A stretch of DNA of 64,000 bases from Octopus vulgaris (GCA_951406725.2 OX597821.1:112840001-112904000); one strand, 5' to 3'. Numbered from the stretch's first letter, positions 40,540 to 55,720 are shown. Notes: generated by a model from the sequence alone, not told the origin. Program-made: numbers and translations.

Positions 40540-42331
40540 ATGGATAATTTTTTATTGAAACTTCAGAAAAATGAGAGAGTCGTAGCAAACAAGACGAACA
40601 CCAGAATAAAATGTCCACCTCATCAAAACGAAAATATCATGAAAATTACATCCAATATGGTTTTATATTATCGGAAAAAGATAACTCGGTTCCTTTTTGC
40701 GTGATTTGTTTAACAACATTCTAAAATGAAACAATGGGTCCCTGTAAACTTCAACATCATTTAATAAAACATCTGCAACATAAGAATAAACCAAGAAAAT
40801 TCTTTGAGATGCTAAAAAATAATTTTAAAATTCAATAAAAATGGCTGAAGAAATTTCACTCAATTTCTGAGAAAGCTCAAATTGCCTAGCTTTTGGCAAA
40901 GAAGAAAAGACCACGTTCTGATGTCAAAAACATTATTTTACCACCCTTGGAGATCGCCGTTAGCACGATGATTAGTGATGAGGCCGTCAAACAAATTAAG
41001 ACCATTCCTGTCTCTACCAACACGATTTCTCGTAAAATTCAAGACATTTCACGAGACTTTGATGAAACAACTCCGCGAACATTTTACTGAAACAAAAAAT
41101 GAACTCAAAAACTTGTGTATCTTACAAATTGGTGAAAGTACAGACAGCAACAAAGTTCAACTAATTTCATTTCTGCAAATCATCAGACGTGGTTTTTCTT
41201 TTGGTGTTAATTGAAGGAAAGAATGACAGAAGATGTCTTTAACCTGGTAAACCAAAATGTTGTAGAGATGGATGCAGTGGCAAACTTATATTAGCGTTTG
41301 CACTGACGGCGCTCCATCCGTGGCAGGGTAAAAAAAAAGGCTTCGTGACTCATGTATTACAAACAATTCAATAGTTAAAATTATACATTACATGATTTAC
41401 CGCGAAGTTTAGATATCAAAATCTCTACCTGATGGTCTCCTGAAGACAATGGACAACATTGTTGGTGAATAACATAAAATCGCATTCCCTACGGTGCAGA
41501 ATTTTTGCATTCCTATGTGAAACTTTGGATTCTGATTTTAAGTGTATACTGTTTCATACAGAAGTGGGATGGCTCTCGAAAGAAAAAGTATTCTTTCGGC
41601 TTATCTCTTTGCGAACTGAAATAATTTTTCTTTGATGCTGAAAATTCTGGATTTGAATTTCTTAACCATGATAAGTAGCATTTCTCAAGGATCTTTTTGA
41701 GAATTTGAACGTTTTAAATTTGAGTCTGCAAGGAGCCAACGAAAATATTATTACAATTACAGGCAAATTAAAGTCTTTCACCGACAAGTTAGAACTGTGG
41801 ATAAGGAAAGTTAAAAACTCGCAGCTTGATTGCTTCCCAGATGTAGAGGCTTTTCCAAACAAATTTAAAATTTTGTCAGAAGTGCAGAAGACAGTAGAAA
41901 AACCTCTGTGTCATTTTCTAAGTATTTGCCATCACTTGATTATCAAATATATGAATGGATCATCAATCCTTTCGCAAGATACGACAGTACCCACCTGCCA
42001 TTAACATTAACAGAGGAAGAAAATGTAATAGTCTTGAAAAATGTTCCTGTACACAAAGGCTCATTTTCTGTGCTAGAATTGTCAGAAATTTTGGATTTCG
42101 GTTTGGAGCCAATATCTTCGATAAGCAAATACAGCCGTTAAAACTCTGTTGCCCTTTGGACCATCGTATCTTTGCGAATTAGGTTATCTCTGCGCTTATG
42201 GAAATGAAGCAAAAACAAAAAAATGGGAACGATTACGGATGATAGCTGACATGTTGCATGTTTGTTTATCTAATTTAGAGCCGCGTTTTGACAAAATTAT
42301 TTCTCAAAATCATTTGCATCCTTCTCACTAA
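40540..42331 (+). pseudogene. hAT (Buster/Charlie, ZBED5/SCAND3-like) transposase pseudogene
   Basis: KRKYHENYIQYGF, PFCVIC..LQHHL (BED finger); IPVSTNTISRKI; CTDGAPS; HTEVGWLSK; LNLSLQG; PFGPSYLCELG; terminal HPSH*. Many frameshifts. Confidence 0.92.
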
Positions 42332-42634
42332 GACATTATTATTGTATTATATTAACTATGTATATATAATGCACCCCTTATTCCTTCGAAATTAGGAATA
42401 TGCAGCCTTCGAAACATATGTCGAAAATAAAATAAAGGAATGTTGTTAATTCGTCGTTCAACTCCATTCTTTCATTTATTTGTATTCAAAAAAACACACA
42501 AATTTCCACACGATAGCACGTGATCTCTGCCCTAGGCATGTAGCTTCAACCGTGTTTTTCTGACGTGAATTTGCTACCCAGGTATCGGTTAACCGAATTA
42601 TCCATAATAAGATAATTCATTCAACTACTCAATT

Positions 42635-42717
<83 letters not shown>

Positions 42718-42867
42718 CAGTAAAACAATTAAGATCCAAGTGAGTTCCAATGAATTCACATGAATGTGGTACTTAACTTAGATGCACCAGAAATCTTTAT
42801 GGTATTAACCATAAAATAATGTGGGGTGATTATAAACAAGAAAAAAGCAACAAGAATGGATTAGTTG

Positions 42868-42956
42868 TTCAGTACAATTGTTTCATACGAAGAACAGATT
42901 TATTTAAAGCTGCAAATATTCCAGCAAATACAAGTGTCCCGTATTCATCAGCCAAA
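42868..42956 (-). ncRNA. Type-I hammerhead with intact core and extended stem II (family H6), in a (TA)n-flanked cassette 42713-43272
   Basis: Reverse complement TTTGG-CTGATGA-ATACG...CGTAT-GAAA-CAATTG-TA-CTGAA; the stem III loop CAATTG is palindromic. Confidence 0.8.
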
Positions 42957-43267
42957 ACACATATGAGTTTTCCAAACATCCTATGGGGCGAAGCTACACT
43001 CTTGAAGTATCGAAGAGAGTTCTATGAAAAGCAAAGTTAGATTGTAAGCAGACTTAAAATGTTTTCTAATGATGCACAGTTTTATAAAAGGTTTTAAAAA
43101 AAGATTGTTATCTTCACAGAAAATCCATCCATAATAATGCAGGTGTAATTTCCGGAGATGTGAGGAGAGATTTTATTCTCAGAGAAGATGAATGTATCCA
43201 TAATAATACAGATGTAATTTCCTGATATATTGAGGAGAAGATGTTGATCACACATCTATTCGTTTCA

Positions 43268-43349
<82 letters not shown>

Positions 43350-43353
<4 letters not shown>

Positions 43354-43853
43354 GTAAAATTGCAGGTACCCCACGAGTGAAAATATATAGAAAGTTTGGT
43401 CATTCTCCTAAATTTCTGTATAAATACTTAAATATGATTTCTGATGAAATTTTGACTAAGCTATACACGCTTTTTCCTATCATATACTGTCTACAATTTC
43501 TTTCTCTATATATGCTTATATACAATCATAATTGTTTATGAACTTATAAATAATTATGGATTTATTTTATTTCCAAATTTGAACGTTTTTATGTAAATTG
43601 TTTAAACACAAAACCCGTCTTAACATTTTCTTATCATTGTCAAAGATTCTATTTCTTAGCATTTTCTTATTGTCAAAGACTGTATCACTGTATTCTAATA
43701 CATCGATGATAACCATTTTTTTAACACCACAAAGGCTACACAAAGCATTACATTTTACTTTTGAAAATCAATTTTTAAAAACGTGAAACCGGTGAAGTCA
43801 AATCTTCTTTCCTATATATTTTCACTCGTGCGGTACCTTGCGATTTTACTTTG
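43350..43853. mobile_element. (TA)n-flanked cassette with approximately 40 bp inverted ends and a degenerate HHR (43755-43800)
   Basis: AAAGTAAAATTGCAGGTACCCCACGAGTGAAAATATATAG and its reverse complement at 43812-43852. TTACTT-TTGAAAA..GAAA-CCGG-TG-AAGT is related to 13328-13373. Confidence 0.65.
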
Positions 43854-43900
43854 CTATATATATATGAATATATATATATATATACATATATACACACACA

Positions 43901-43962
43901 CATTGTTTTATGAACACATAATTCATATATATATATATGAATTATGTGTTCATAAAACAATG
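43901..43962. repeat. Perfect 62-bp palindrome centred on (AT)n
   Basis: CATTGTTTTATGAACACATAATTC(AT)7GAATTATGTGTTCATAAAACAATG. Confidence 0.9.
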
Positions 43963-44444
43963 TTGCCTTATTGTTACTATAATTTATTTATTTTTATCCA
44001 TATTCAAAAAGTATATTCTATTGAGTTGGGATTTATATTTGGTGTGCCGCAAAATAAATTCTCCTCGCTCTGTGTGTCGTAAGATAAAATAGCTTGTCAG
44101 ACACTGTCCTAGAGGGATGATTGAATAAACACTATTGGTCCTCACTCCCAGTGAGCTTTCTGCGCTCTCGGACACTAAACCGAGTATTAATGCGTCCTGG
44201 AGTATATCTACCCGGAATACACGTATACATACACATACACATTACTGGATGGCCGTTGACCTGCTTGAGTTCCTTAGCCCTTTGGCGGGCTTTGTAATTC
44301 GTCCCCCTAGATATCCAATAAATTATCACTTATATCAAGCCAGCTTGGGGCGTTACCGGTTTAGATGTCAAGAACTCGACCATTGTATTGGGTTACATGG
44401 CACCAGAAACGCTCGTGAGAGACCTGACATGCATACATCCATAC

Positions 44445-44498
<54 letters not shown>

Positions 44499-44894
44499 GC
44501 GTGTGTGTGTATGTGTAAGTATTTGACTTTAAAATAAGTAGAGGGGTCAATTTTGCCTGACTAAAACACTGGAAGGTGGTGCCCCAGCATAGCCTCAGTC
44601 AATGTCACACTGAGCCAATTCACATATGAGGGGTGACTCAGCTTTTTATATATTGCTCATTAATTATTTAATGCGTTTCCTAAATACTACGCCCAAGTTT
44701 TTTATATATATTTTGTGTCTCAACTTAATCACAATAAATTACACCTGAAGAGAAACGTAGCTTCCTAAAAGCCAAATGCTTCCGGGCAACGTGCCGTTGC
44801 CAGTGTAGAAACTGCGTGACAACAGCACAGAAGTTAGGGTCCTGCCCAGCAACATTTTAATTTTAGGAAGCTATGCTTCTCTTTAGTTTTAATT

Positions 44895-45041
44895 TTGGTA
44901 AGGAGCTTGTTTACTAGCCACATGCTTCCGGGTTCAGTTCCACTGCGTGGGACCTTGGGCAAGTGTCTTCTACTATAGCCTCGAGCCGACCAAGGCCTTG
45001 TGAGTGAATTTGGTAGACAGAAACTGAAAGAAGCCTGTCGA

Positions 45042-45045
<4 letters not shown>
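44895..45045 (+). mobile_element. SINE family A 5' half
   Basis: GGGTTCAGTTCC..CCTTGGGCAAGTGTCTTCTACTATAGCC. Confidence 0.85.
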
Positions 45046-45090
<45 letters not shown>

Positions 45091-45288
45091 CTAAATAGAT
45101 AACGAAGTACAAACGCGAGGACGTGGTACATGAAAAGTATTAGCAGATGCTCGGGGAAGGAAAGAAAGGTGGTTTTACGCTTCGAGAAAAACTCTTCGTC
45201 AGAAACTGGAGACGGAGTAAAGTCCCAAAGAAAAGGAAGACGGAAGAAAAAATCGCCAACAATCCACATGTGGTAACATTTTGAAATG

Positions 45289-45327
<39 letters not shown>

Positions 45328-45334
45328 AGAAAGG

Positions 45335-46090
45335 GAGGAAAGTCGACATGCCTTTCACCTTCTCGGGGTCAGTCAAATAAGTACCAGTAGAGCAATGGGG
45401 CCAATGTAATGGACAAGCCCCCGCTCCCAAATTGCCAGGCCTCGTGCTTAAAGCACAAAAGATCATTAAGGCGGCGGGCTGGCAGAATCGTTAGCGCGTC
45501 GGACAAAATACTTTGCGGTATTTCTCCCAGCATTTAACGTTCGGAGTTCAAATACTACCGAGGTCGACTTTGCCTTATATCCCCTTTCAGGATCGATAAA
45601 ATAAATTACCAGTCGAAGTAACTGACTAGACCCCCCCCCCCATCAACTCTTACACTTCTTAAAAATGCTAGCCTTGTGTATTATATAAAGAATTATTAGC
45701 TCCAGCAGGGGTGACTTAGTGGTAAGAAGCTTGCTTCCCAATCACATGGCTCCGGGTTCAGGACCCACTGCGTGCAACCTTGGGCAAGTGTTTTCTACTG
45801 TAGCCTTGGTCCATCCAAAGCCTTGTGAATGGATTTGGTCGACGGAAACTGAAAGAAGCCCGTATGTGTGTGTGCATGTGTATGTGTATGTGCTGATAAC
45901 GGGTGTTTGTGTACGTTCCCGTAAAATAGCGGTTCGGCAAAAGAGACCGAGATAATAAGTATCAAAATTTAAGAAAAACAACAAAAAAAAAAGAAGTACT
46001 GGGGTCGATTCATTCGGCAAATAGAAAAAAAAAACTTCACGACTGTACTCCAGCATGGTCGCAGTCCAATGACAAAAACAAGCTAAAGAG
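45335..46090 (+). mobile_element. SINE cluster: two family B copies followed by one family A copy
   Basis: Family B cores at about 45340-45465 and 45470-45680; family A at about 45700-46090. Confidence 0.85.
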
Positions 46091-46649
46091 AATATAGTAG
46101 CCTCGTATGATAGGTTCGGCGTCGCAGCAGCAATTTTGGCAAGGAATTAAGTTGTCATCTTCCTGTTTTAATAGATTCTTGTTGTTTCCGTTCGTGTAGG
46201 CAGGGTACATCTTCATGGGAGCGGTTTCTGGGTTGAATTAGGGTAACGCCTGTTTGCAGAAGATTAAGGACAAGGGAGGAGTGCTTCGTTTTTGTTGACT
46301 TTTCTTTTGTTTTGTTTTTTCTTTTAATCTCCGTAGGATTTTGCGTTGTTTTATAATTGACAGCAAGTAGGGCGTAAATGCGCAGAAGTAAATGCGGAGG
46401 CGACATAATAAGCCCTAAAGCGGCCATTCGCAAACTTATTGTCTCACAGAACCGCAATACTAATTGCTTGTCAGAAAAGATTCATTCGTGTAGATTTTTT
46501 TTTTACTATTTATTTTAATCGTCTTCAATGTTCCGATGTTATTTGAATTAACACGAAAAATAGTCTCATATATATATATATATACAGGCACACACACATA
46601 AACACACACATACACACACACATACACATACACACACATGCACACACAC

Positions 46650-46750
46650 AAACTCTAGAAAGACGAAAAGATGGCAAGTTTGACACTCGGAAAAAATGGA
46701 ATCTTTGCCGTTTCGAGCCTACGCTCTTCTTTAGAAAAGAATGAGAGAAA
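46650..46750 (-). ncRNA. H2-family fragment with degenerate hammerhead (46703-46738)
   Basis: Reverse complement TTTT-CTAAAGA-A-GAGC-GTAG-GCTC-GAAA-CG-GC-AAAG. Confidence 0.5.
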
Positions 46751-47021
46751 GCAGTATCACAGTATCAACTAGACCATCAGATGTTGTTATATATCGCTCA
46801 ACACAATGCGCTTCCAATTCTGTCATGATTGCGTCATTCTTCTCCATCTTGACCCAAAGTGCTTGAACAAATCATCTTCCCCTTGTTGAGGAGGTATTCC
46901 AAGTGACATTTTCTGATCTGTTGAATACCAGTCGGTAACTCCACGAGATGGATGACGAGACAGACAGACAGACAGACATACAGACAGACAGACAGACAGA
47001 CAGACAGATAGACAGACAGAC

Positions 47022-47083
<62 letters not shown>

Positions 47084-47100
47084 GTAGGTAGGTAGGTAGG

Positions 47101-47151
<51 letters not shown>

Positions 47152-47160
47152 GTAGGTAGG

Positions 47161-47231
<71 letters not shown>

Positions 47232-47250
47232 GTAGGTATAGGTAGGTAGG

Positions 47251-47322
<72 letters not shown>

Positions 47323-47866
47323 CAGACAGGTAGGCAGACAGACACACTGACAGATACATACATACTAACAAACAAAAACATCCTATTGTTGATGTTGAAA
47401 TTCCAATGAAGGAGCCTTGGATCTAGGTTCGAAACCAGCTCTTTCTCTTTTGGTAAGAAATCTTGAAATAAGACTGAATATTGACATGTATCCATACATA
47501 CATAGAAGGAGAGAGGGAGAAAGAGAAACAAAGAAAGTAAGAAAGAAAGAAAGAAAGAAAGGTGGATAGAGAAAGAGAGAGAGAGAGAGAGAGATGGGGA
47601 GGAAGGTGAAGAGAAGAATGAGTATAATGACCGTTTGCAGAGAATGCAAGATTAATAGGCGCGTGCGCGCGCGTTGCATGTGTTTTTGTGAGAGAGGGTG
47701 ACGGAGAGAAAGAAGAAAAGAGGGGGGGAGGGAGCGAGGGAGAGGAGGATGGAGGGAGAAAGACAAATGGCTTAAATATGACAGATTAAGACATTAGGAA
47801 TATTAAGACAAATAACGTAATTGGGTTTCATACATACGTACATACACACACACACACGTATATTAT

Positions 47867-47911
<45 letters not shown>

Positions 47912-47999
47912 TATGTGTTATAGATAGAAAAATAGATACAAATACATACATATATAGATAAATAATTATATATATAGTGAGAGAGAGAGAGAGAGAGAG

Positions 48000-48043
<44 letters not shown>

Positions 48044-48624
48044 TGTGTTTTTATCAGTGTGTGTATGTTGTGGAGAGAGATATGAGTGAGGGGGGGGGAG
48101 TAAAAGAATGCGAGAGGGAAAAGAGAAAAAGTGTAGGCTGAAGAGACAAGAGAGGAAGAGAGAGAGAAAGAGAGAAGCAGAGAGAAACGGAGAGAGAAAC
48201 GGGCAGAGAAACGGGGAGAAAGAGTGAAAGAGAAGTCAAGAGAGAGAGAGAGAGAAGTCAAGAGAGAGAAGTCAAGAGAGAGAGAGAGAGAGAAAGAAAA
48301 AGAGAAAGAGGGAGAGAGAAGCAGATAGAATGAGAGGCTTTAAGGTAGTAGGAGAAGGAAAAGGAGAGGCGGAGGTGGGTAGTATCGATTCCCACTTTAA
48401 TTTACTCTTTTGATGTGGCCTAAATTTTTAATGAATTTCACACTGTTTGCAGTGAATTGTACAGACAGACAGACACACACACACGCACACACATACACAC
48501 ATGCATATGCTTACAGACACACATGCACACACACACACGCGCATACACACATACTAATACATACGTGCAAACACGTTAATTCCAGCAGAAGACTAATTAC
48601 TCATACACATACCATTATATACAA

Positions 48625-48691
<67 letters not shown>

Positions 48692-48818
48692 TGTATGTGG
48701 TGATTTATCTGTCAGTCTGAAGTTCTGTGTTTATGTGTGTGAGTGCGAGTGTCGGCAAATCTGTTTTTGTGAGTACATATATGCACGTATATATATATGC
48801 ACGTATATATATATGCAC

Positions 48819-48878
<60 letters not shown>

Positions 48879-48957
48879 GTAGGTATATATATATATATAG
48901 ATATATATACAGAGAGAGAGAGAGAAAGATACATATGCATGCATGCATACTTACATA

Positions 48958-48990
<33 letters not shown>

Positions 48991-49779
48991 ATATAGATAT
49001 ATATACACATATATACATATATAGATATATGTGTGTGTGTATACATACATACATGCACATATATATATCCGTGTATGTAAAACATAAGTATATATATAAA
49101 TGCATATTATTTGTATATGTATATATATATGTATGTGTGTGTGTGTATGTGTGTGTATTTGTATGTGGATATATGAGTTTGTCTATGTGTGTATGCATGT
49201 TTATGTATTTGTATGAAGTGAGATATTTATATGGCTACATGTATGTATACATACACACATGTGTATATGTATATTTGCATTATATGCCCTTATGTGTATG
49301 TGTGTGTGTGTGTGTGTAAATATGTATGGACACAATGACGCGTTTCTAATTGTACGCACATGCGTATAAAGACATACGTATATACACTTAGGTATAAGCA
49401 TACAAATAAACGCATACATGTATATACACGTATGCATTCGTGTACATGTCAATGTGTGTGTGTGAGAGAGAGAGAAAGACTGTGTGTGTGTGTGTGTGTG
49501 TGCGTTTTGGAGACATCTGCTTATGTATTTATGTAATTATACTTTATACACACTCAAACACGCGCGCGCGTACACGCACACACACAATATATATATATAT
49601 ATATGTGTGTGTGTGAGGTGTATATGTGATCGTACGTCTGTATATATATGTTTGTATGAGCTGTGATAATTACGTCTTTATAATTCTTAATTATGTATCT
49701 ACATATAATACAGGTTGATCAGAAATGTATATTATATATATATATGTATAAATGGAAATGTGCATACATGTGTAAGTAT

Positions 49780-49858
<79 letters not shown>

Positions 49859-50109
49859 TGATTCTAGATAGATAGATAGACAGGCAGACAGATAGACAGA
49901 TAGATAGATATGTAGTGTACTTGTACACGTGAGCGTGTGTATGTACTTGTATACGTGTGTGCGCTTCTATATGTATGTGCATTTGTATATTCTGTATACA
50001 CACACATATGTATATACAGATATGTATGTATATATGTATTTATATATATGTATATTATATGTGTATATATATATATATATATATGCATATATATATTTTT
50101 TTTTTTTTT

Positions 50110-50655
50110 TTACTTGTCTCAGTCATTTTGACTGCGGCCATGCTGGAGCACCACCTTTAATCGAGCAACTCGACCCCGGGACTTATTCTTTGTAAGCCCA
50201 GTACGTATTCTATCGGTCTCTTTTGCCGAACCGCTAATATATATATATATGTATGTATGTATGTATATATATACATACATATATATATACATATACATAT
50301 ATTCTTTCACTTGTTTCAGTCATCTAAGTGCGGCCATGCTGGAGCACCGCCCTTTATCGAACAAATCGACCCCTGGACTTATTCTTTGTAAGCCTAGTAC
50401 TTATTCTATCGGTCTCTTTTGCCGAAAACGAAACGCACCAGCATCAGTTGTCAAGCGATGGTGGGAGGACAACCCCCCTCCACACACACACATATATACT
50501 TTGTGTTTATACGACGGGCTTCTTTCAGTTTCCGTCTACCAAATCCACTCACAAGGCTTTGGTTGGCCCGAGGTTATAGTAGAAGACACTTGCCCAAGGT
50601 GCCACGCAGTGAGATTGAACACGGAACCATGTGGTTCGTAAGCAAGCTACTAACC
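50110..50655 (-). mobile_element. SINE family A with duplicated 3' segment
   Basis: 3' part present twice (50110-50237 and 50300-50427). Confidence 0.85.
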
Positions 50656-50668
50656 CCAATATATACAT

Positions 50669-50760
<92 letters not shown>

Positions 50761-50798
50761 ATCTATCTATCTACCTACCTACCTACCTACCTACCTAC

Positions 50799-50874
<76 letters not shown>

Positions 50875-51139
50875 ACGATGTACGTGTGTGTTTGTATGGC
50901 TCTGTAGTCATAACACAACAGGCATATCTCTATGTATAACAACGATACAGCCACATATATTGGTGTGTATATATATATATATATATATATGTGCATATTC
51001 TTGTGTGTGTTTGTGTGTATACGTAATTATTAATTAAGTGTTAATGTATGCTATGATAATTATATACGTATTTCTGAAATTGAAAGTAGAAATTATGATT
51101 GTGTGTGAGAGAGAGGGGGGTGCGTGTGCGGGCGCGTTT

Positions 51140-51535
51140 CTATATCTATATCTCTCTCTATATAAACGGCAGTTTGTCTGTGTGTGTGTCTGTGTGTCTG
51201 TCAGGTTGTACCCTCACCCTGACCACGGCTTTCAACCGATTCTAATGAAACTTGACACACACATAGCCCAGTGTCATAATTCAAAACTAACGCAGCGAAA
51301 ATTTCGAAAAGTTCCCCCAGTTCTGAAAAAGATCGATAAATTCGACATGGGGTCGAGAATCAGAAACACAAACCACAGACTGTCTAGGGGACGCAACTCG
51401 ACCTTTTTAACTATCAAAAAAATTTACCATCATTTTTTTCCCCATTTTTTTTGCTATTTTTTGGCTATAACTCTCTAAAAATGCTTTATAGTTATTTCCC
51501 TTACAAACCCGAGCAACGCCGGGCGATACTGCTAG
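51140..51535 (+). mobile_element. Non-autonomous Helitron (HINE/Lep1-like)
   Basis: 5' TCTATAT..TATATATAAA followed by (GTCT/GT)n; CAACCGATT...GAAACTT motif; 3' hairpin CCCGAGCAACGCCGGG then CTAG|T at 51532-51536. Confidence 0.8.
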
Positions 51536-51582
51536 TATTATATATATGTAAGTATACGCACAAACACACATACACACAACCA

Positions 51583-51635
<53 letters not shown>

Positions 51636-51937
51636 GACACACACCGATGTATTCGTATATGATATAAAGGCATTGACAACGGTACACACAAACGCACATA
51701 CCCAGCCACACACATACACACGCACTTATATGGTTGTGTATGTGTGTGTACGTGTGTACGTTTGTGTATGTGTGTGTGTGTGTGTGTGGTGTGTGTGTGT
51801 GTGTGACTGAGTATCCTTCATTCTGTGTGTGTTGCACGCATGAGTATATGGATGGATGTATATGAGGGCGTAGATAATTATATATGTGTATATATGCCTT
51901 CATGAATGAATGTATGTCTATATCTATCCATCCTTCC

Positions 51938-52038
<101 letters not shown>

Positions 52039-52063
52039 CAAAGTAATTTATTTTACTAAGCCC

Positions 52064-52115
<52 letters not shown>

Positions 52116-52175
52116 TATAGATATATATATATATATATCTGTTTGTCTATCTATCTATCTATCTATCTAAATATA

Positions 52176-52244
<69 letters not shown>

Positions 52245-52487
52245 GTCTATATATATATATATATATCGTCCATCCATCTATCTACATATTCATCTTTTTA
52301 TCTATCTATCTATCTATCTATCTATATATCTCTATCCATCCATCCATCCATCCATCCATCCATCCATCCATCCATCCATGCATCTATCACTATATATACT
52401 TATATATATGTGTGTGTGTGTGTATACATGTATATAATACATGTATAAATATATACATATATATATTTATGAATATATATATATACG

Positions 52488-52520
<33 letters not shown>

Positions 52521-53463
52521 TTATATGTATATACATACATATATATATACATATATACATACATACATACACATATATATATATACATATACACACATAC
52601 ATATATATATGTATACATACATATATATACATACATATACATATATATATATACGTATACACACATATACATACATATACACACATACACACATATATAC
52701 ATACCTATTTGTGAGTGGGTGTTTAAGAGGGAGTATACGTGTGTGTGTCTGTGTGTGCATGTGTGTGTGCGCGCGTTAATTAATGACTCTCATAAGTAGG
52801 TAGCAATTAAGTATATATGTCACAATTATATGTATATTATAATTTCTCTCTCATAATTTCTCGGATCCTTTCTGCTTTTACTTCACCTGTCTTACATTTC
52901 GAAATTGGTTAGCTCTCCTGCAGGCGCTCTGGGAAGAATCCCTTTGAAGAGACATAATGGGATAATTCTTTTGATTACATGCGTTCGCTGTGGACTCATA
53001 GAATATATACGTGTGTATATGTAATGTGTGTGTGTATATGTAATGTGTGTGTGTATATGTAATGTGTGTGTGTGTGTGTGTGTATGTGTGTGGATGTATC
53101 CAGATATGTTCTTGCTCGTATGAGTTCATAAGGGTGCGCTCACGCGGGTATAAGTTGATGTTTTCACTGTGTGTACATGTGTACATCATCATTTATAGGT
53201 TAAATACATAAAATGCGCATAGTCACACACACACACACAAAAATTATAAATATATACATACACACATACATACATATACGTACATGTATGCATACTTAAA
53301 TACATACACATACCATATACACGCATACAGACACTGAAGATGTCATTTGAGACTAACAAAGTAGAATGTATTAAATACTTGATATAGACATACAGACAGA
53401 CAGATAGAAACCGAGACAGAGGGAGATAGTATATCTATGTGTCTGTGTGTGTATATATATATG

Positions 53464-53513
<50 letters not shown>

Positions 53514-53577
53514 TTTTTTGTGTAATGAGATAAAAAAAAACCCAAGGCTGTATAGATATTAGAGCATTTATAGATAG

Positions 53578-53632
53578 GTCTTACAGCTGTTTCTAGAATA
53601 TTAATTAATAATAATATCTCTTCGTCGGAGAC
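53578..53632 (-). ncRNA. Hammerhead motif (family H7), core CCGACGA
   Basis: Reverse complement GTCT-CCGACGA-A-GAGATATT..AATATTCTA-GAAA-CAGCTG-TA-AGAC; stem I GTCT/AGAC; palindromic CAGCTG. Confidence 0.7.
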
Positions 53633-54170
53633 GGTGTGAGAGGAAAAGTTAAGTCATAGTTAGTTTCGATGTGATACAAAATAGAGAGTGAGGTGGGGGA
53701 AAGAAAATAGATGTAAGATATGTATGGGTATTGAAGTTGCAAATCCGTTTTATAGGCATAATGGTATATATGTATATTATTCCAATATCCTTTACACATC
53801 ACATCATATATACATACATACGTCTAGACCTCTCATACGCACTAATACCCCCTCTTCTCCTCTCTCTACACTACACCATACGACTTTACACATCACATCA
53901 TATATACATACACACGTCTAGACCTCTCATACGCACTAATACTCTCTCATACACACACACACACACACACACACTCTTCTCATACACACACACACACACA
54001 CTTATGTTTGAGCGGGGTCATTCAACCCTATTATCTCCCCTAATTTCGCTCTTGCGTCTCATGTTTGATCTTTGACTTCTGGCCGAAATCAGATCGCCAT
54101 GTTGATTCGCTAGCTTCTGCACGCATATTTTTTTCTCTCCTTCTTTATGTGTTTTTTTTTCTCTGTGTAT

Positions 54171-54207
54171 CTTTCTGTTGAAGAGCGTAGGCTCGAAACG
54201 TTAAAGA
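54171..54207 (+). ncRNA. Hammerhead-like family H2 (A6U core)
   Basis: CTTT-CTGTTGA-A-GAGC-GTAG-GCTC-GAAA-CGT-TA-AAG. Confidence 0.7.
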
Positions 54208-54335
54208 CTTGTTTCATTTATATTTCCTGAGCGCCATACTAATACAATTGTTTGTTTGTATTCCACCTGCCTTCGTCTTTTGTTTATTTCCGTAAACCTG
54301 CCTTCGTCTTTTGTCTATTTTCATAAAGCTTCCCG

Positions 54336-54388
<53 letters not shown>

Positions 54389-54826
54389 TATAGACAATAG
54401 TGTGCAATGTTTTACCAAAAAGGAAAACTATACTACTCAGATAAATCGGAAACTAAAACATCAACTCCTTTTATCATTCATCACGGGCAGAAGTCGTCGG
54501 CGCAATAAGGAAGTTGTCCGTAAGGAAGGTATACATCGAACTGGTTTGGAAATCAAAGCAAACAAAAAAAAAACGGTCGATAAATAAATCTAGGTGTAAG
54601 GAATGTATTGAAATGTGTGAGAATAACATTCTGAGGATAACAGGATTTCGTATCACGGATATCTAAATATCTGTGTTATTCCATATTCCTGCAAAGTTAT
54701 TTGACATTAGTATATAATATATGTTGTTATGACTACAGTCATTGTTCATTTGAAACAGCTGTAGGATAAGACTTATATATTTGCAACTATGCACTTAAAT
54801 ATTCGTCTTACGCCTACTTTTGCCTT

Positions 54827-54885
<59 letters not shown>

Positions 54886-54899
54886 TGTATGTATGTATG

Positions 54900-55010
54900 T
54901 CAGAAATTAAAGAAGGAAAATGCACACACTTTACATAGTTTTAATATATTTTAAAATATATTTTATATTGTGTTTGTCGACCGGTTTCGCTTTCGCTAAT
55001 TATGACAGTG
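54900..55010 (-). ncRNA. PLE 3' end with ultra-minimal degenerate hammerhead (54975-55007)
   Basis: Reverse complement TGTC-ATAATTA-GC-GAAA-GC-GAAA-CCGG-TC-GACA; same family as 10877-10906. Confidence 0.55.
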
Positions 55011-55229
55011 TCCGTCCGTGGCCAAGCTGATGCTTGTTCGGAAGGTTCTGCGGCAGTTCAGGCACTGGTGTTCTTCTGGGAATGAAGGTGAGGAGTTGGC
55101 ACAAGACTTGCATATTTCGCGTTTTGTTTGTGTCCTTGCAATCCTGTTCCGTTCGTAGGGTGTGGCACCTTTGTTTGCAGCTTCACCAGGCAGCGCTTAC
55201 TCTATGTGTTTGCGTTTCCTATGTGTCGC

Positions 55230-55720
55230 CGTTGATCTCAAAGCTCTTCATGACCAAAGTGGAAGAGGGCTCAGTAAGCGAAATCCTCTTCTCAGACGAC
55301 TGCGCACTCAACGCTGCCACAGAGACCCAGATGCAGCTGTACATAAACTGCCTCCCCACTGCCTGCAATAACTTTGACCTCACAATCAGAACTCAGATGA
55401 CAGAGGTCATGCACCAACCTGCCCCGCAGATTTTATATTTAGCACCAACTATCATAGTTGAAATGGAAACCCTAAGTGTTGTTCACAAGTTCACATACCT
55501 CAGCAGTACACTGTCCAGACCTATGGATATTGACCATGAAGTCGAGAAACGCATTACCAAGACAGGCTCAGCACTCGAGTGGTTGCGTGAATTAGGGTAG
55601 GAGAAGAACGGCATTAAACTGGCCACCAAGTTGAAGGTGGTACACCAAGCAATTGTGCTGCCTACACCATTGTACGCCTGTAAGACTTGGACGGTTTACG
55701 AACGCCACACCAAAAGAGAA
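55230..55720 (+). mobile_element. RTE-clade LINE reverse-transcriptase fragment
   Basis: EILFSDDCALNA..QMQ..FDLTI..TEVMHQP..FTYLSSTLS..IDHEVEKRI; TKLKV..AIVLPT.LYACKTWTVYERH. Confidence 0.85.

Noticed and set aside
40540-42331. Domesticated ZBED-type host gene
   Set aside because: Many stops and frameshifts show it is a decayed transposon copy.
54685-54770. GAAA-CAGCTG-TA-GGATA as a hammerhead 3' half
   Set aside because: The upstream CUGANGA is not recognisable (CTGCAAA), so it was left out of the count.
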